The notes under the pieces: generated by a model
Told to the model about the DNA's origin: nothing
The model's database searches: none
Seen by the model: the letters and a program-made list of their open reading frames with translations, nothing else
Assembly (NCBI GenBank): GCA_018304425.1
Contig: JAGVWE010000003.1
Coordinates: 138,413-202,412 of the forward strand
Reading direction: 5' to 3'
Source of the DNA: Candidatus Iainarchaeum sp.
Lineage (GTDB): Archaea; Iainarchaeota; Iainarchaeia; Iainarchaeales; UBA10219
DNA length: 64,000 nucleotides
Translations under genes and position numbers: made by a program
Shown here: in pieces, positions 10,137-19,910 of the stretch
Position numbering within the stretch: position 1 is the stretch's first letter
Layout: each line of letters opens with the position of its first letter

Positions 10137-11435
10137 TCACTCACCTTTCCTGAACTCAAAGTACTGCGAGGAAATGCCGATGCTGTTCAAAATGCTGGTA
10201 GAAGTCTCGGAACCGCTGGGGCTCGTGCCTCCCGTGGGCACCAACTGGAAGTAGGTGCAGTCGCTGCTCGTGGAGAGGTTGCCGCGCACCGTGTAAGGCT
10301 CGGCAATCGAGCCCGTCATGGTAAAGGCCTTGTCGTCAAACGAACCCGAGAGATAGGCCACGGCGCCCGGAATGTTGTTGTATTCGTTGAAGACCGAGGC
10401 CTGGAAGCCCTGGTTGGAGCCCGTGACCTCGGCCCGACCCACCTTGAGACTGCCCTGCACCCAGTTCCAGGTGCCCATGAAGCTGCAGGCGGCCTCCGGT
10501 GGCTGCGCGGGAGGCAACTCGACGGGGGGCCGCTTGACGGGAGGGAGCGGCGGTTGGGTGGGCGGCTGTTCCGTGGGCGGGTAGTAGGGCGGTTGCTCGG
10601 CAGGCGGCGTGTATGGCGGCTGCGGAGGCGTTTCCATGCTTTCCCCTTTCTTGAGGACGGACTGCAGCAAGTCCACGAGTTGCTGGGTGCGCTCGGGGCC
10701 CAAGGCGTTCAAGAGCTGGCGGAGGTTCCGCGTGTTGTGGACGAAGTGCGCGTAAATGAGTTCGCTCATCATCGAGTCCAAGCCCGGGACGAGGAAGGTG
10801 TCGCCGCGGGGCGCGTATTTTATGAGGGACTTTATTTCGTCGGGCGCGTGCTCGACCATCAACTCCATGACGTCGTCGGGGATGCTGGACACCAGGCGCT
10901 TGAGGTTTTCCTTCACCGTCTTCGGGTCGAGGCAGACCGTGTGCAGGTCGTCAAACTGGCCCTCGCATTCGCACTTTTTTCCGTTCACCGAGAGGGAGGA
11001 GTTCGCGGGGCAGCCGTCGTCGCGGCCGTGGACGTAGAAATTGTAGAAGAATTCCTCGAGGTCGCGGCCCTGCGCGCGGACGGCGTTGCAGACGGCCGAA
11101 AACTTATCGCCATAGTGAAGCGGCCGGCACTGGCCGCTGGCAAAGCATTTATTGCAGTCCTTGACCAGGACTTCGGCTTCCGTTTCGGCGTCAATGGGTC
11201 GTCCGTCATCAGAGTAACCGCCGGGGCCATACTTCCAGGGCTCCTGGATGCATTGCTGGCTGCACTTGTTCAGAACCTTCCACTCGCATTGCACGAACTT
11301 CTGGCAAGCCTTGGCGCATTCCGCGGCGCAGACCGCGTAAAGGGCGCGGTCCTTGGAAACGGTGTAGTTGGCTGCCCAGACAGAAGCCGCAAGCAAGACC
11401 AAAAACGCTCCCACTAACCCCCAACCATGCTTCAT
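10137..11435 (-). CDS. Secreted Cys-rich protein with Pro-rich linker
   Basis: Signal peptide, N-terminal Cys cluster, PPxxPP linker, beta-rich C-terminal domain. Confidence 0.8.
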   Translation of the reverse strand: MKHGWGLVGAFLVLLAASVWAANYTVSKDRALYAVCAAECAKACQKFVQCEWKVLNKCSQQCIQEPWKYGPGGYSDDGRPIDAETEAEVLVKDCNKCFASGQCRPLHYGDKFSAVCNAVRAQGRDLEEFFYNFYVHGRDDGCPANSSLSVNGKKCECEGQFDDLHTVCLDPKTVKENLKRLVSSIPDDVMELMVEHAPDEIKSLIKYAPRGDTFLVPGLDSMMSELIYAHFVHNTRNLRQLLNALGPERTQQLVDLLQSVLKKGESMETPPQPPYTPPAEQPPYYPPTEQPPTQPPLPPVKRPPVELPPAQPPEAACSFMGTWNWVQGSLKVGRAEVTGSNQGFQASVFNEYNNIPGAVAYLSGSFDDKAFTMTGSIAEPYTVRGNLSTSSDCTYFQLVPTGGTSPSGSETSTSILNSIGISSQYFEFRKGE

Positions 11436-11545
11436 GGGCTTGGCCCACGGAATAACGTTGACCCCGTATTTATAGGTTTCGTTCGGGGTTAGGCGGGCTC
11501 ATAGGGCCGCAAAAGGAATAAATAGGCGGGCGGCATAATGCATGC

Positions 11546-12490
11546 ATGCGACGCATGCCGCCAGCCAAACGCCGGCCTTACCCCAACGCTTCCAACCTCG
11601 CCCCGGAAATCGCCGAACGTGGCAGGGCCTTTGACGACGCACCCGAACCCGGGCCACGTACGCGCAGGCAAGTCATCGCTGACGCCAAAGCCTACCTGCG
11701 CGCGGCAAGCACGGTGAAGAACAGGACGCCCGAACAGATACTGGATATCAAGCGGGCACGGCAGCGGCAAATGAGGAACCGGCGATGGCATCCAAGGTGG
11801 CGCTTGAAGAACCTCCTGAAACACGATGCAGAACTCCGCAAGGCCTACCACCGGCTGGGCCCCGCAACGCATGATTCCCCAAAACGCATCCTGGGCAGGG
11901 CGCTTGCCGTCGCAGAAGCCGCAGAAATCGCAAGAGGGGGAACGGGGCGCACGGCCGTGCGGAGGGTCTTGGCCAAGCTACGGGCACACTGGCCCCCCTA
12001 TGTGACGGTAGCCGCCATGGCAGAGCTTAACCGAGCGGATCCGACTACCCGGCGGTTCACCCGCATCCGCAGCGAGAACCTGGCCAACCCCAGCCAATTT
12101 CCAAAAGAAAAAAAGAACCGCATCGTGACTGCTTGGGAAACCGCGGGCAAGGAAATCAAGGGTGCCTGGCGGCGGCTGCGAGCGGAAGATCGAAAGATAT
12201 CGCTGGGCGACATCAGCTGGGTGCTGGTCGAACGCGGACTGAAAAGGCTGCCGCCCCGCAGGGACTCCCATCAGGCCTTTTTCACGGGACTCACCAGCGA
12301 GCGAACACGGCCACTTGGGCTCTCACCGTTCCAGACCCTCGTGCTGGCCGAACTCCGGACTCCACAGTCCATCGTGGAGATTGCCGTGAAACTCGGCGTG
12401 GACCCGGCACAGGTGTCCCGCGCCCGCCTACGAATCCTGAGAAAGGCCGGCGTGTGGCGCCCTGAAAGACACCGGTCACCGGGAAGATAG
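11546..12490 (+). CDS. Arg-rich orphan with C-terminal HTH
   Basis: Starts MRRMPPAKRR and ends with SIVEIAVKLGVDPAQVSRARLR (HTH). TATA-like aataaata ~25 nt upstream. Confidence 0.7.
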   Translation: MRRMPPAKRRPYPNASNLAPEIAERGRAFDDAPEPGPRTRRQVIADAKAYLRAASTVKNRTPEQILDIKRARQRQMRNRRWHPRWRLKNLLKHDAELRKAYHRLGPATHDSPKRILGRALAVAEAAEIARGGTGRTAVRRVLAKLRAHWPPYVTVAAMAELNRADPTTRRFTRIRSENLANPSQFPKEKKNRIVTAWETAGKEIKGAWRRLRAEDRKISLGDISWVLVERGLKRLPPRRDSHQAFFTGLTSERTRPLGLSPFQTLVLAELRTPQSIVEIAVKLGVDPAQVSRARLRILRKAGVWRPERHRSPGR

Positions 12491-12543
12491 CCTGCACCTT
12501 TAAATAGTTCCTCGGCCCAGATGGTATAGCTCCCAAGAATTGT

Positions 12544-12915
12544 TTGAATCCAGTGATTGCCTTGCAGGTTGGAGAGTTGCGGCCTTACGCGAAAAAAGTG
12601 GAAGTAATCGTCAAAGTACTCGACAAGAACGAGGCCAGGGAAGTCCACTCCAAGCTTGACAACCGAAACCACTCCGTCACCGAGGCGCTCGTCGGGGATT
12701 CCTCGGGAACCATCCTGCTCACTCTCTGGGATGACGCCATCGACAAGCTCGTCACCGGCAAATGCTACAAGCTCTCCAACGCCTTCACGTCTCTCTTCAA
12801 GAACACGCTGCGCTTGAACCTCGGCAGGTACGGCAAGCTCGAAGATCACCCCGAAGACGTGGCAGCCAACGCCCACCACAACCTGTCCGAGAAAGAGTTC
12901 GAGGGCCGAGGGTAA
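12544..12915 (+). CDS. ssb: Single OB-fold ssDNA-binding protein (SSB/RPA)
   Basis: VIVKVLDK.EAREV...VGDSSGTILLTLWD...LNLGRYG. Exact start uncertain (12544-12562). Confidence 0.9.
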   Translation: MNPVIALQVGELRPYAKKVEVIVKVLDKNEAREVHSKLDNRNHSVTEALVGDSSGTILLTLWDDAIDKLVTGKCYKLSNAFTSLFKNTLRLNLGRYGKLEDHPEDVAANAHHNLSEKEFEGRG

Positions 12916-12934
12916 GGTTGCGGGCCGGCGGGCT

Positions 12935-13924
12935 TCAGGACGGGAGTTCCTGGCCGGGAAACTTGGCGGCGAAACGGCGACGCAGTTCGACCACGTCTGC
13001 CCGGCTGAAATGGGCCGGGTGGGTGCGCAAGAGCCTCGAGAGCGCGGTGACGTCGGCCCCTCCAGGATTCCGGGCACTGGCCAAAAGGAGTGCGGCAGCC
13101 CGGACATAGTGCTTTTTTTCATAGGCCTTCGCAATGGCAGCGGCATAGCGGTTCTTCGGGGACTGGATTCTACCGGGACGCTTCCGAGAAAGCGAATAGG
13201 GCACTTCGGGGAGCGGCTCGTGGAAGCGCAGACGATAATTCCGCCGGACAATCTCTCGCTCGGTCTCCCTCAGCGGGGTCTCCAAAGAGGCGTTCCCGAA
13301 GATCAGCCGGATCTTGATTCTCGCCCCTGGAGTGCCTTCGAGGATATACCATTGCAACGCATCGAACACCCTTCCATCCCTCATCGCGGCTGCCCCCTCT
13401 TCCTCGTATCGCTCGGCCGGCCGAAGCATGCTGCTCAGCGACCTGGTGGTCTCAGGCTCGACGTAGCGAGGACTCACGTCCCCAGATGAAAGCCATGCGC
13501 GCACGCGCTCCGACATCCGGTGGATGGTGCCGAACTCGTCGCAATAGGGGCCGAGCGCCTCGACGAGTTCCCTCGCTTTTTCGTGGTCGGTCTTCGCCAG
13601 GTGCTCCGCGACCGCCAGGGCCTTCTGCTGCAGGTAACGTCTGAAGGTCTGCCTGACGCTGGCGTCGCGGATGGCGAGGAAGTTCTCGGCCAAGCGGAAC
13701 CACTTGTACACGTCCGGGACCTCGACCCCGGTGTTCCGGAAGAAGGTCCGTGCCCTCCGCTCCGCGAGCTCGTGCCGGCCGTGCAGGAAATCTAAGTCCA
13801 CGGCAGCGGAGACCGCATCGAGGGCCTTGGAGAGAGTCCTCTGCAGGGTTACCCGTTTCGCCTCAGGCAGTTTCCCACGCCCGCGGGTGAGGCCATGCCG
13901 TGCCCTGGAGGGAATCGCCGCCAT
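12935..13924 (-). CDS. Arg-rich orphan protein, predicted helical
   Basis: 329-aa ORF starting MAAIPSRARHGLTRGRGK. TATA-like ttaaata ~25 nt upstream. Confidence 0.7.
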   Translation of the reverse strand: MAAIPSRARHGLTRGRGKLPEAKRVTLQRTLSKALDAVSAAVDLDFLHGRHELAERRARTFFRNTGVEVPDVYKWFRLAENFLAIRDASVRQTFRRYLQQKALAVAEHLAKTDHEKARELVEALGPYCDEFGTIHRMSERVRAWLSSGDVSPRYVEPETTRSLSSMLRPAERYEEEGAAAMRDGRVFDALQWYILEGTPGARIKIRLIFGNASLETPLRETEREIVRRNYRLRFHEPLPEVPYSLSRKRPGRIQSPKNRYAAAIAKAYEKKHYVRAAALLLASARNPGGADVTALSRLLRTHPAHFSRADVVELRRRFAAKFPGQELPS

Positions 13925-14031
13925 GCAAAAACTAGCCTCCGCCCCCCTATTTAATCGTTTCGAGTAGGGGGGTGGACGGGACCAAGGCCCGGAGCACTCC
14001 TTAAAACCCTTTCTCCCCCCAAACTGAGTCT

Positions 14032-14109
14032 ATGAACGGCAGAAGGGATCTAGAAATACTCCGGCAAATACCTCTCAGAAGGGGCCTTCGGCAAATTCTG
14101 CGGTACTAG
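14032..14109 (+). CDS. Putative 25-aa leader peptide
   Basis: MNGRRDLEILRQIPLRRGLRQILRY*. TATA-like cttaaaa at ~14000. Contains two ATA codons. Confidence 0.35.
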   Translation: MNGRRDLEILRQIPLRRGLRQILRY

Positions 14110-14180
14110 CGCCGCGCCCAGCCGTTCGAATACCCCGTTTTTTAAACCTGTTTCCCTTGAAAACAATGGAACTAGGCCCG

Positions 14181-14254
14181 GGGCCCGTAGCTCAGCCTGG
14201 CAGAGCATTGGTCTTATACACCAAGCGCCGGCGGTTCAAATCCGCCCGGGCCCA
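14181..14254 (+). tRNA. tRNA-Ile (anticodon UAU)
   Basis: Cloverleaf: acceptor GGGCCCG/CGGGCCC+A, D stem GCTC/GAGC, anticodon arm TTGGT-CTTATAC-ACCAA, T arm GGCGG-TTCAAAT-CCGCC. Confidence 0.93.
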
Positions 14255-14277
14255 TTCCAGCGCGAGGCGCTCAACCC

Positions 14278-17181
14278 ATGACCGACAAGAAAAACCTGGA
14301 GCCCTTCACCCTCCAAAAAGAAGAAGAAGTGAAGGCCTTCTGGAAGCAGGCGGGCGTTCCCGAAAAGGTGCGGAAGCAGCACGCGGGCAAGGGCAAGCCC
14401 TATTACTTCATGGACGGGCCGCCTTACGCGACCGGCCACATCCACATGGGAACGGCCTTGAACAAGGTGTTGAAGGACGTGGCTTTGCGCTCCAAGCGCA
14501 TGGAGGGCTTCGATGTCTTCGACCGGCCCGGCTATGACACGCATGGCCTGCCCATCGAGCACCAAATCGAGAAGGAACTGGGCTTCAAGGTGAAAGCCGA
14601 CATCGAACGGTTTGGGGTCAAGCCCTTCGTGGAGAAATGCAGGGAGTACGCGACGCGCTTCATCGGCACCATGAACGAGGAATTCGGGAACCTCGGCGTG
14701 TGGATGGACTGGAAGAACCCGTACCTGACGCTGAGCAACGAGTACGTGGAAGCCATCTGGTGGACGTTCAAGACCGCCTACGAAAAGGACTTGTTGTACT
14801 TGGACAGCTACTCGGTGCACGTATGCCCCCGGTGCGCGACCGCCGTGGCGTACAACGAGATAGAGTATTCCAAGGTCGGCGACGCCAGCGTCTACTACAA
14901 GCTGACCCTAAAAGACCAGCCCAACACCCACCTGGCGGTGTGGACGACCACCCCTTGGACCATCCCCGCCAACCGCGGGGTCATGGTGCATCCAGACTAC
15001 GAGTACGCTTTCGTGGAAACCAGGGAGCACGGCACCCTGGTGGTCGCGAAGGACCTGGTCTCCAAGCTCATGCCCAAGTTCGGCGTCAAAGAGCACCGCG
15101 TGACGCAGGTGAAGAAGGGAGCCGAATTGGTTGGTCTCCGGTATTCCGACCCGCTTGGCAAGCACATGAAAATGTCGTACACGGAAAAGGATTTGCGCGT
15201 CATCCCAAGCCCCCGCTACGTGAACCTCACGGATGGAACTGGCTTGGTGCACTGCGCGCCCGGCCACGGAAGGGAGGACTACGAGGAAGGCAAGCGCCAC
15301 GGCCTGAGCATCGCGTGCCCCGTGGACCTCACGGGCACGCTGAAACCCGAAACCGGGAAGTACGCGGGCAAGCGCGCGAAAATCGTGGACGCGGAAATCG
15401 TGGAAGACTTGAAAGCCGATGGCTTCGTGTTGGGCGAGGAAAAGTACGTGCACGATTATCCCTTCTGCTGGCGGTGCAAGCAGGCCCTGCTCATGCTGGC
15501 CGTGCCCCAGTGGTTTTTCCGCGTGACCAAGCTGCGCGAAAAGATGCTGAAAGAAAACGAGGAAGTCAACTGGGTGCCGGGCTGGATGAAGGACCGCATG
15601 AAGAACTGGCTCGAGAACCTGGGCGACTGGCCGGTTTCCAGGGAACGCTACTGGGGGACGCCGCTGCCCATCTGGCAATGCGGTGCCGCCGATGCCCCGG
15701 GCTGCGGGCACATCGAGGTGTTCGGTTCGGTGGCCGAGCTGGGCGGGAAAGCCAGGCTACCCAAGGAACTGAATCTACACAAGCCGGAGATTGACGGAAT
15801 AACCTTCCCCTGCCTCAAGTGCCGCAAGGAGATGAAGCGCATCCCCCACGTCCTAGACGTCTGGTTCGACGCGGGAGTTTCCTCTTGGGGGGCACTTGAC
15901 TACTCGAGGGACGACCAACTGTTCAAGCGCTATTGGCCGGCCGACCTCAACATCGAGGGCACGGACCAGGTGCGGGGCTGGTGGAACTCCGAAATCATCA
16001 CTTCCACGATTTGCTTTGACGCCAAGCCCTTCAAGAACATCGCCGTGCACGGCATGGTGCTGGACATCACGGGCAGCAAGATGTCCAAGTCAAAGGGCAA
16101 CGTGATTGGGCCCGCGGAAGTCATCGCCAAACACAACCGCGACTACTTGCGCTACTTTTTGGTCAGCGAGAGCCGGGGAGAGGACTTCAACTTCTCGTGG
16201 GATGCCTTCAAGGACATCGGGCGGTTCTTCAACATCCTGTGGAACACGTATAACTTCGCGCAAATGTACGCGTTCGTGGACTTCAAGGAATCCGCGGCGA
16301 AGGCGAAGCTGAACGTCGAAGACCAGTGGATTCTCAGCAAAATGAATTCCCTGGTGAAGAAAGTGCGGGAAGCCTATGACTCCTACGAGTATTTCAAGGC
16401 CCCGGATGCCATCAACCGGTTCGTGTTGGAGGACCTGAGCCGCACCTATGTCAAGCTCATCCGCGACCGCGTTGGAACAAAGGACGGGCGGGGCGCCGAG
16501 GAAACGCTCAACTACTGCCTCGTGACCCTGGCCCGGCTGTTGGCGCCCATTACCCCCCACGTGACCGAATACGTGTACCAGCACTTTAAGGGGCCAAGCC
16601 TTCCGGAAAGCATCCACTTGCTGTCCTTGCCGGAACCCGAGGAAAAGCGGATGGACGCGGGCCTGGAAAAGGAAATGGAGTTGGCCATGGAAATCGCGCA
16701 AGCCACGCTGGCCTTGCGCGAGGAAAAGAAGCTGCGCCTGCGCTGGCCGCTCAACGAGTTGGTCGTGCAGTCGAAGGACGGAAGGGGCGTAGGGCGCGCC
16801 GCGGGCATCCTGGCCACGATGTGCAACGTGAAAAAGGTTTCCGAGGCCACGACGGCCCCCAAGGGAGAGTATGCCAGCAAGCCTGTCGACGAGTTGACTC
16901 TGCACCTCAACACGGCTGCCGATGAAAGGCTGCGCGACGAGTGGGAGGTCAGGGAACTGGTGCGGCGCGTGCAGGAACTGAGGAAAGAAGCAAAGCTCCA
17001 GCCCGGCCAAAAAGTGGACTTGCTGATTGCCTGCGACGACGGCAAATTCCTCGAAGCCCACCGGAAGGCCGTCGAGGAAGAGACGCACACGCGGTTTGTG
17101 AACGGCGAGGGCCTGCCCCCAGCAGGGGAGAAACGCGAGAAGCTATTGGACCGCGTGTTCTACGTCAAGCTGAAGCCCTAG
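14278..17181 (+). CDS. ileS: Isoleucyl-tRNA synthetase (archaeal type)
   Basis: DGPPYATGHIHMG, WTTTPWT, GTGLVHCAPGHG, KMSKS motifs. Confidence 0.98.
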   Translation: MTDKKNLEPFTLQKEEEVKAFWKQAGVPEKVRKQHAGKGKPYYFMDGPPYATGHIHMGTALNKVLKDVALRSKRMEGFDVFDRPGYDTHGLPIEHQIEKELGFKVKADIERFGVKPFVEKCREYATRFIGTMNEEFGNLGVWMDWKNPYLTLSNEYVEAIWWTFKTAYEKDLLYLDSYSVHVCPRCATAVAYNEIEYSKVGDASVYYKLTLKDQPNTHLAVWTTTPWTIPANRGVMVHPDYEYAFVETREHGTLVVAKDLVSKLMPKFGVKEHRVTQVKKGAELVGLRYSDPLGKHMKMSYTEKDLRVIPSPRYVNLTDGTGLVHCAPGHGREDYEEGKRHGLSIACPVDLTGTLKPETGKYAGKRAKIVDAEIVEDLKADGFVLGEEKYVHDYPFCWRCKQALLMLAVPQWFFRVTKLREKMLKENEEVNWVPGWMKDRMKNWLENLGDWPVSRERYWGTPLPIWQCGAADAPGCGHIEVFGSVAELGGKARLPKELNLHKPEIDGITFPCLKCRKEMKRIPHVLDVWFDAGVSSWGALDYSRDDQLFKRYWPADLNIEGTDQVRGWWNSEIITSTICFDAKPFKNIAVHGMVLDITGSKMSKSKGNVIGPAEVIAKHNRDYLRYFLVSESRGEDFNFSWDAFKDIGRFFNILWNTYNFAQMYAFVDFKESAAKAKLNVEDQWILSKMNSLVKKVREAYDSYEYFKAPDAINRFVLEDLSRTYVKLIRDRVGTKDGRGAEETLNYCLVTLARLLAPITPHVTEYVYQHFKGPSLPESIHLLSLPEPEEKRMDAGLEKEMELAMEIAQATLALREEKKLRLRWPLNELVVQSKDGRGVGRAAGILATMCNVKKVSEATTAPKGEYASKPVDELTLHLNTAADERLRDEWEVRELVRRVQELRKEAKLQPGQKVDLLIACDDGKFLEAHRKAVEEETHTRFVNGEGLPPAGEKREKLLDRVFYVKLKP

Positions 17182-17243
17182 TTATCGGCAATCGACGAAG
17201 TAAGTTTATTAAGCAGGTGGGTGCCATTAGTTCCGGAGAATGC

Positions 17244-17393
17244 ATGGGTTGGCTAGGATTTCCAAAATACCAGTGGCGCGGATTAAGCTATCTACTGGTG
17301 ATTGGTGGCATCGGCTTGTTGCTCCTCAAAGAATACGCGGTGGGCGCCCCCTTGATAATCATTGGCGGCTTGATAGGAATAACCAATGGGTAA
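17244..17393 (+). CDS. Small 2-TM membrane protein
   Basis: 49 aa, MGWLGFPKYQWRGLSYLLVIGG... TATA tttattaa upstream. Confidence 0.6.
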   Translation: MGWLGFPKYQWRGLSYLLVIGGIGLLLLKEYAVGAPLIIIGGLIGITNG

Positions 17394-17715
17394 GAACATG
17401 AATCCGAGGGAATCACGAGCATTTGGTGCCGGAAAACTGAAGCACGACCGCATGATTAAAATCACGGCCCTGGTGCTCACTTTCGGCGGCTCCATTCTTG
17501 CCGGCCTCGCATTCAATGAAAAAATCCTGCTTCCCGCAAGCAAGGAAATAATCATCGTATTGTTGGCAGGCATCCTGTTCCTGTTGCTGCTTTTCCAAAA
17601 CGCGAAGTTGAACGCGCTGGAACAAATTTTGGGCTGGGATGAAAAAGCCGAAGAAGGAAAGATGAATCTGCTCGCCCGGTGGATTGACAAAGCAATTAAG
17701 CCAATCACAAGATAA
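17386..17715 (+). CDS. Small membrane protein
   Basis: Two hydrophobic helices. Start overlaps the upstream stop. Confidence 0.65.
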   Translation: MGKNMNPRESRAFGAGKLKHDRMIKITALVLTFGGSILAGLAFNEKILLPASKEIIIVLLAGILFLLLLFQNAKLNALEQILGWDEKAEEGKMNLLARWIDKAIKPITR

Positions 17716-17721
17716 CAGAAG

Positions 17722-18882
17722 CTATTCGCCCTGACCCGCCACGTACTCCCCATAGTCGAAGTGCAGGTATTTCAGTACCTCGTTTTCGTCTTCGTGGCGC
17801 GTGTAAACCGTGGAGAAAAACGGGTACTGGGTGTGGTCCACGACGACGTAGTCCAGGACTTCGCGGAAGGTTTGCTTGAACTTTTCGTGGTCAACCGAGT
17901 AATGGCTTGGCAGGCCCTTTTTGGGGCGCTGGCCCAAGACGAAGGCATAGGTCCGGTCATCTGGTTTGGATAGGATGTGCTTCCAGTCGGGTGCCTGGCC
18001 TTCGAAGAAGTGCCGGTACTCGTTCACGCCGAAGGCATGGAAGGACAAATCGGCGAGGCCGAAGCCGCCAAACCGGAGGGGGTTGACTTCAATGGGGCGG
18101 AGGCCCTTCCGGGTCAAGCGGAACTCGAAGTGCACGGGAAAAGAAGCCAGCGGCGCCAGGGACCCGAGTTTTCCGAGGAAAGCCGTGACCGATTCCAATA
18201 ACCGGCGCAACAGGGCGTGGCTCGTATAGTACACGACGTTCCGCGAGTCCTCGGGCGAGGCAAACGGGTGCTTGGAGAGGCCGACCACGGCGGGTTTGCC
18301 GCGCGTGTCAAAGAAGGCATCGCACGCAAACTCCTCTCCCTCGATGAAGTCCTCGACCAGGAACTTGTCCGCGTTGAGCACGGCGTCATTGAACGAGCCC
18401 TGGAAGGCGCTGATTTCGGCGAGGACCCTTGGAACGGCGTCATCCCACTCGGCTTGACCTGAAACCCTGGCGTTGCCGCGGCCGCAAAAGCCAATTGAGG
18501 GCTTGAGGAACAGCGTCCTCCCGGCAGGCACGTGGAAGCCGGCGAGTTCCCCGCGTGTCAACTCGGCGAAAAAGAAGTCCGGAAACCAGGCGCGGAGTTT
18601 TTCCCGCAAGGCAGCCTTGTCCTTGAAAACCGTTATCGCATCCACCAGTGGCTTCCGCCCGGACGCGTACACGAGCGGAAGCGAGTCCTCGGCATTCGAG
18701 TACACCACGGTGTCGGGCGCGGCCAGCAATGCCTTGGCCCTGGCTTCATCCACGAAGGACAGGTTGACGGGAAGCAGGGCGCGGAGTTCCTTGGAGGCAT
18801 GCACGGGAACCCGGTACTTGGCCAGGGTCTCCAACAACAACCTGGAAAGAAAGGACTTGGACAACAAGCACAAGGCGTTCAT
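17722..18882 (-). CDS. ATP-grasp domain protein
   Basis: KDKAALRE, FLKPSIGF, FLVEDFIEGEEFACD, PIEVNPLRFGG motifs. Confidence 0.9.
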   Translation of the reverse strand: MNALCLLSKSFLSRLLLETLAKYRVPVHASKELRALLPVNLSFVDEARAKALLAAPDTVVYSNAEDSLPLVYASGRKPLVDAITVFKDKAALREKLRAWFPDFFFAELTRGELAGFHVPAGRTLFLKPSIGFCGRGNARVSGQAEWDDAVPRVLAEISAFQGSFNDAVLNADKFLVEDFIEGEEFACDAFFDTRGKPAVVGLSKHPFASPEDSRNVVYYTSHALLRRLLESVTAFLGKLGSLAPLASFPVHFEFRLTRKGLRPIEVNPLRFGGFGLADLSFHAFGVNEYRHFFEGQAPDWKHILSKPDDRTYAFVLGQRPKKGLPSHYSVDHEKFKQTFREVLDYVVVDHTQYPFFSTVYTRHEDENEVLKYLHFDYGEYVAGQGE

Positions 18883-18913
18883 GGCGTTTGTACAAGGTAG
18901 AGGGCAACGCCTT

Positions 18914-19900
18914 TTAAAGATTGACCCACGCCCAGGCCAGCAGCGGGAAGACGAGGGTGGCCTCGGCCTCGATGGCCACCGCGTTGCGCTGGTCTTTGAG
19001 CTTGTTCCAGCTCACGGCCTCCTTGGGCAGGGCCCCGGACAGGCTGCCATCGTATTGGGTGCCCGTGGAAACGTAAACCGCGTAATCCAGGCCGTCGCGG
19101 AGGATGGCCGCGCCAATGAGGTGGTGCTTGGCGATGCCGCCCCCAAGGATAACTCCGCCAACCTTATCAGGCTGGAGGATTTGGTCGTAGAACTTGGTGA
19201 CGTCGGCCGCCTGGTCGATGACCAGCTTCTCGCGCTTGCCTTGGTTGAAGAAGTAAAAGTGGTCGCCCATGGCCCCGTCCACAAAGCCCGGGCAGTAGAT
19301 GGGAATGCGGTTCTGGGTGGCCCAATGGAGCACGGAGTGCTTGTCCTGGATTTCCTTGCCCAACTCGAAGACGTAGTCGCTGGGCGCCCAGATGCGCTTC
19401 TGCGCGTAGCGCTTTTCGATGAACTTCGTGTGGAAGGCCTCGAAGTCCACGTAGTGGTCGTCGGGCACGAAGAGGTTGCCGATGCGGTTGAGCTTGTTGG
19501 CCTTGACTTCCGAGTCATTCACTTCAAAGTCGCCGACCCGGAACGGGTGCCTGGACTTGATGCAGTCCTCTTCGATGGCGCCGGTGGAGGTGACGATGGC
19601 CGCAACCAACTTGTGTCTGACCAACTGGGCGATGATCTCCCGGAGGCCGGACGAAACCATGTTGGATGTGAGCGACAGGAAGACCGCGGCCTGGTCTTTT
19701 TTCATGCGCTGGACCAATTCGACGGCGCGGCCGAGGTTCGAGGCCTGGAAGCCGAGCGAGGAATAGTGGCCGAGCAGTTGCCTGACGGAAAGGTTCTTGT
19801 CGAGCGCGAAGCCCTGCACGGGCGGAAGCTGTTGGAGGTCGATGGACTTGCTTGCCTTGCGGCGGCGGAAGCTGGGGTTCTTTTGAGTCATGGAAAACAC
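18914..19900 (-). CDS. dys: Deoxyhypusine synthase
   Basis: GFQASNLG, TSNMVSSGLRE, NRIGN, GGGIAKHH, DGSLSGA.PKEAVSWNK. Confidence 0.93.
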   Translation of the reverse strand: MFSMTQKNPSFRRRKASKSIDLQQLPPVQGFALDKNLSVRQLLGHYSSLGFQASNLGRAVELVQRMKKDQAAVFLSLTSNMVSSGLREIIAQLVRHKLVAAIVTSTGAIEEDCIKSRHPFRVGDFEVNDSEVKANKLNRIGNLFVPDDHYVDFEAFHTKFIEKRYAQKRIWAPSDYVFELGKEIQDKHSVLHWATQNRIPIYCPGFVDGAMGDHFYFFNQGKREKLVIDQAADVTKFYDQILQPDKVGGVILGGGIAKHHLIGAAILRDGLDYAVYVSTGTQYDGSLSGALPKEAVSWNKLKDQRNAVAIEAEATLVFPLLAWAWVNL

Positions 19901-19910
19901 GAAAAAGCGG

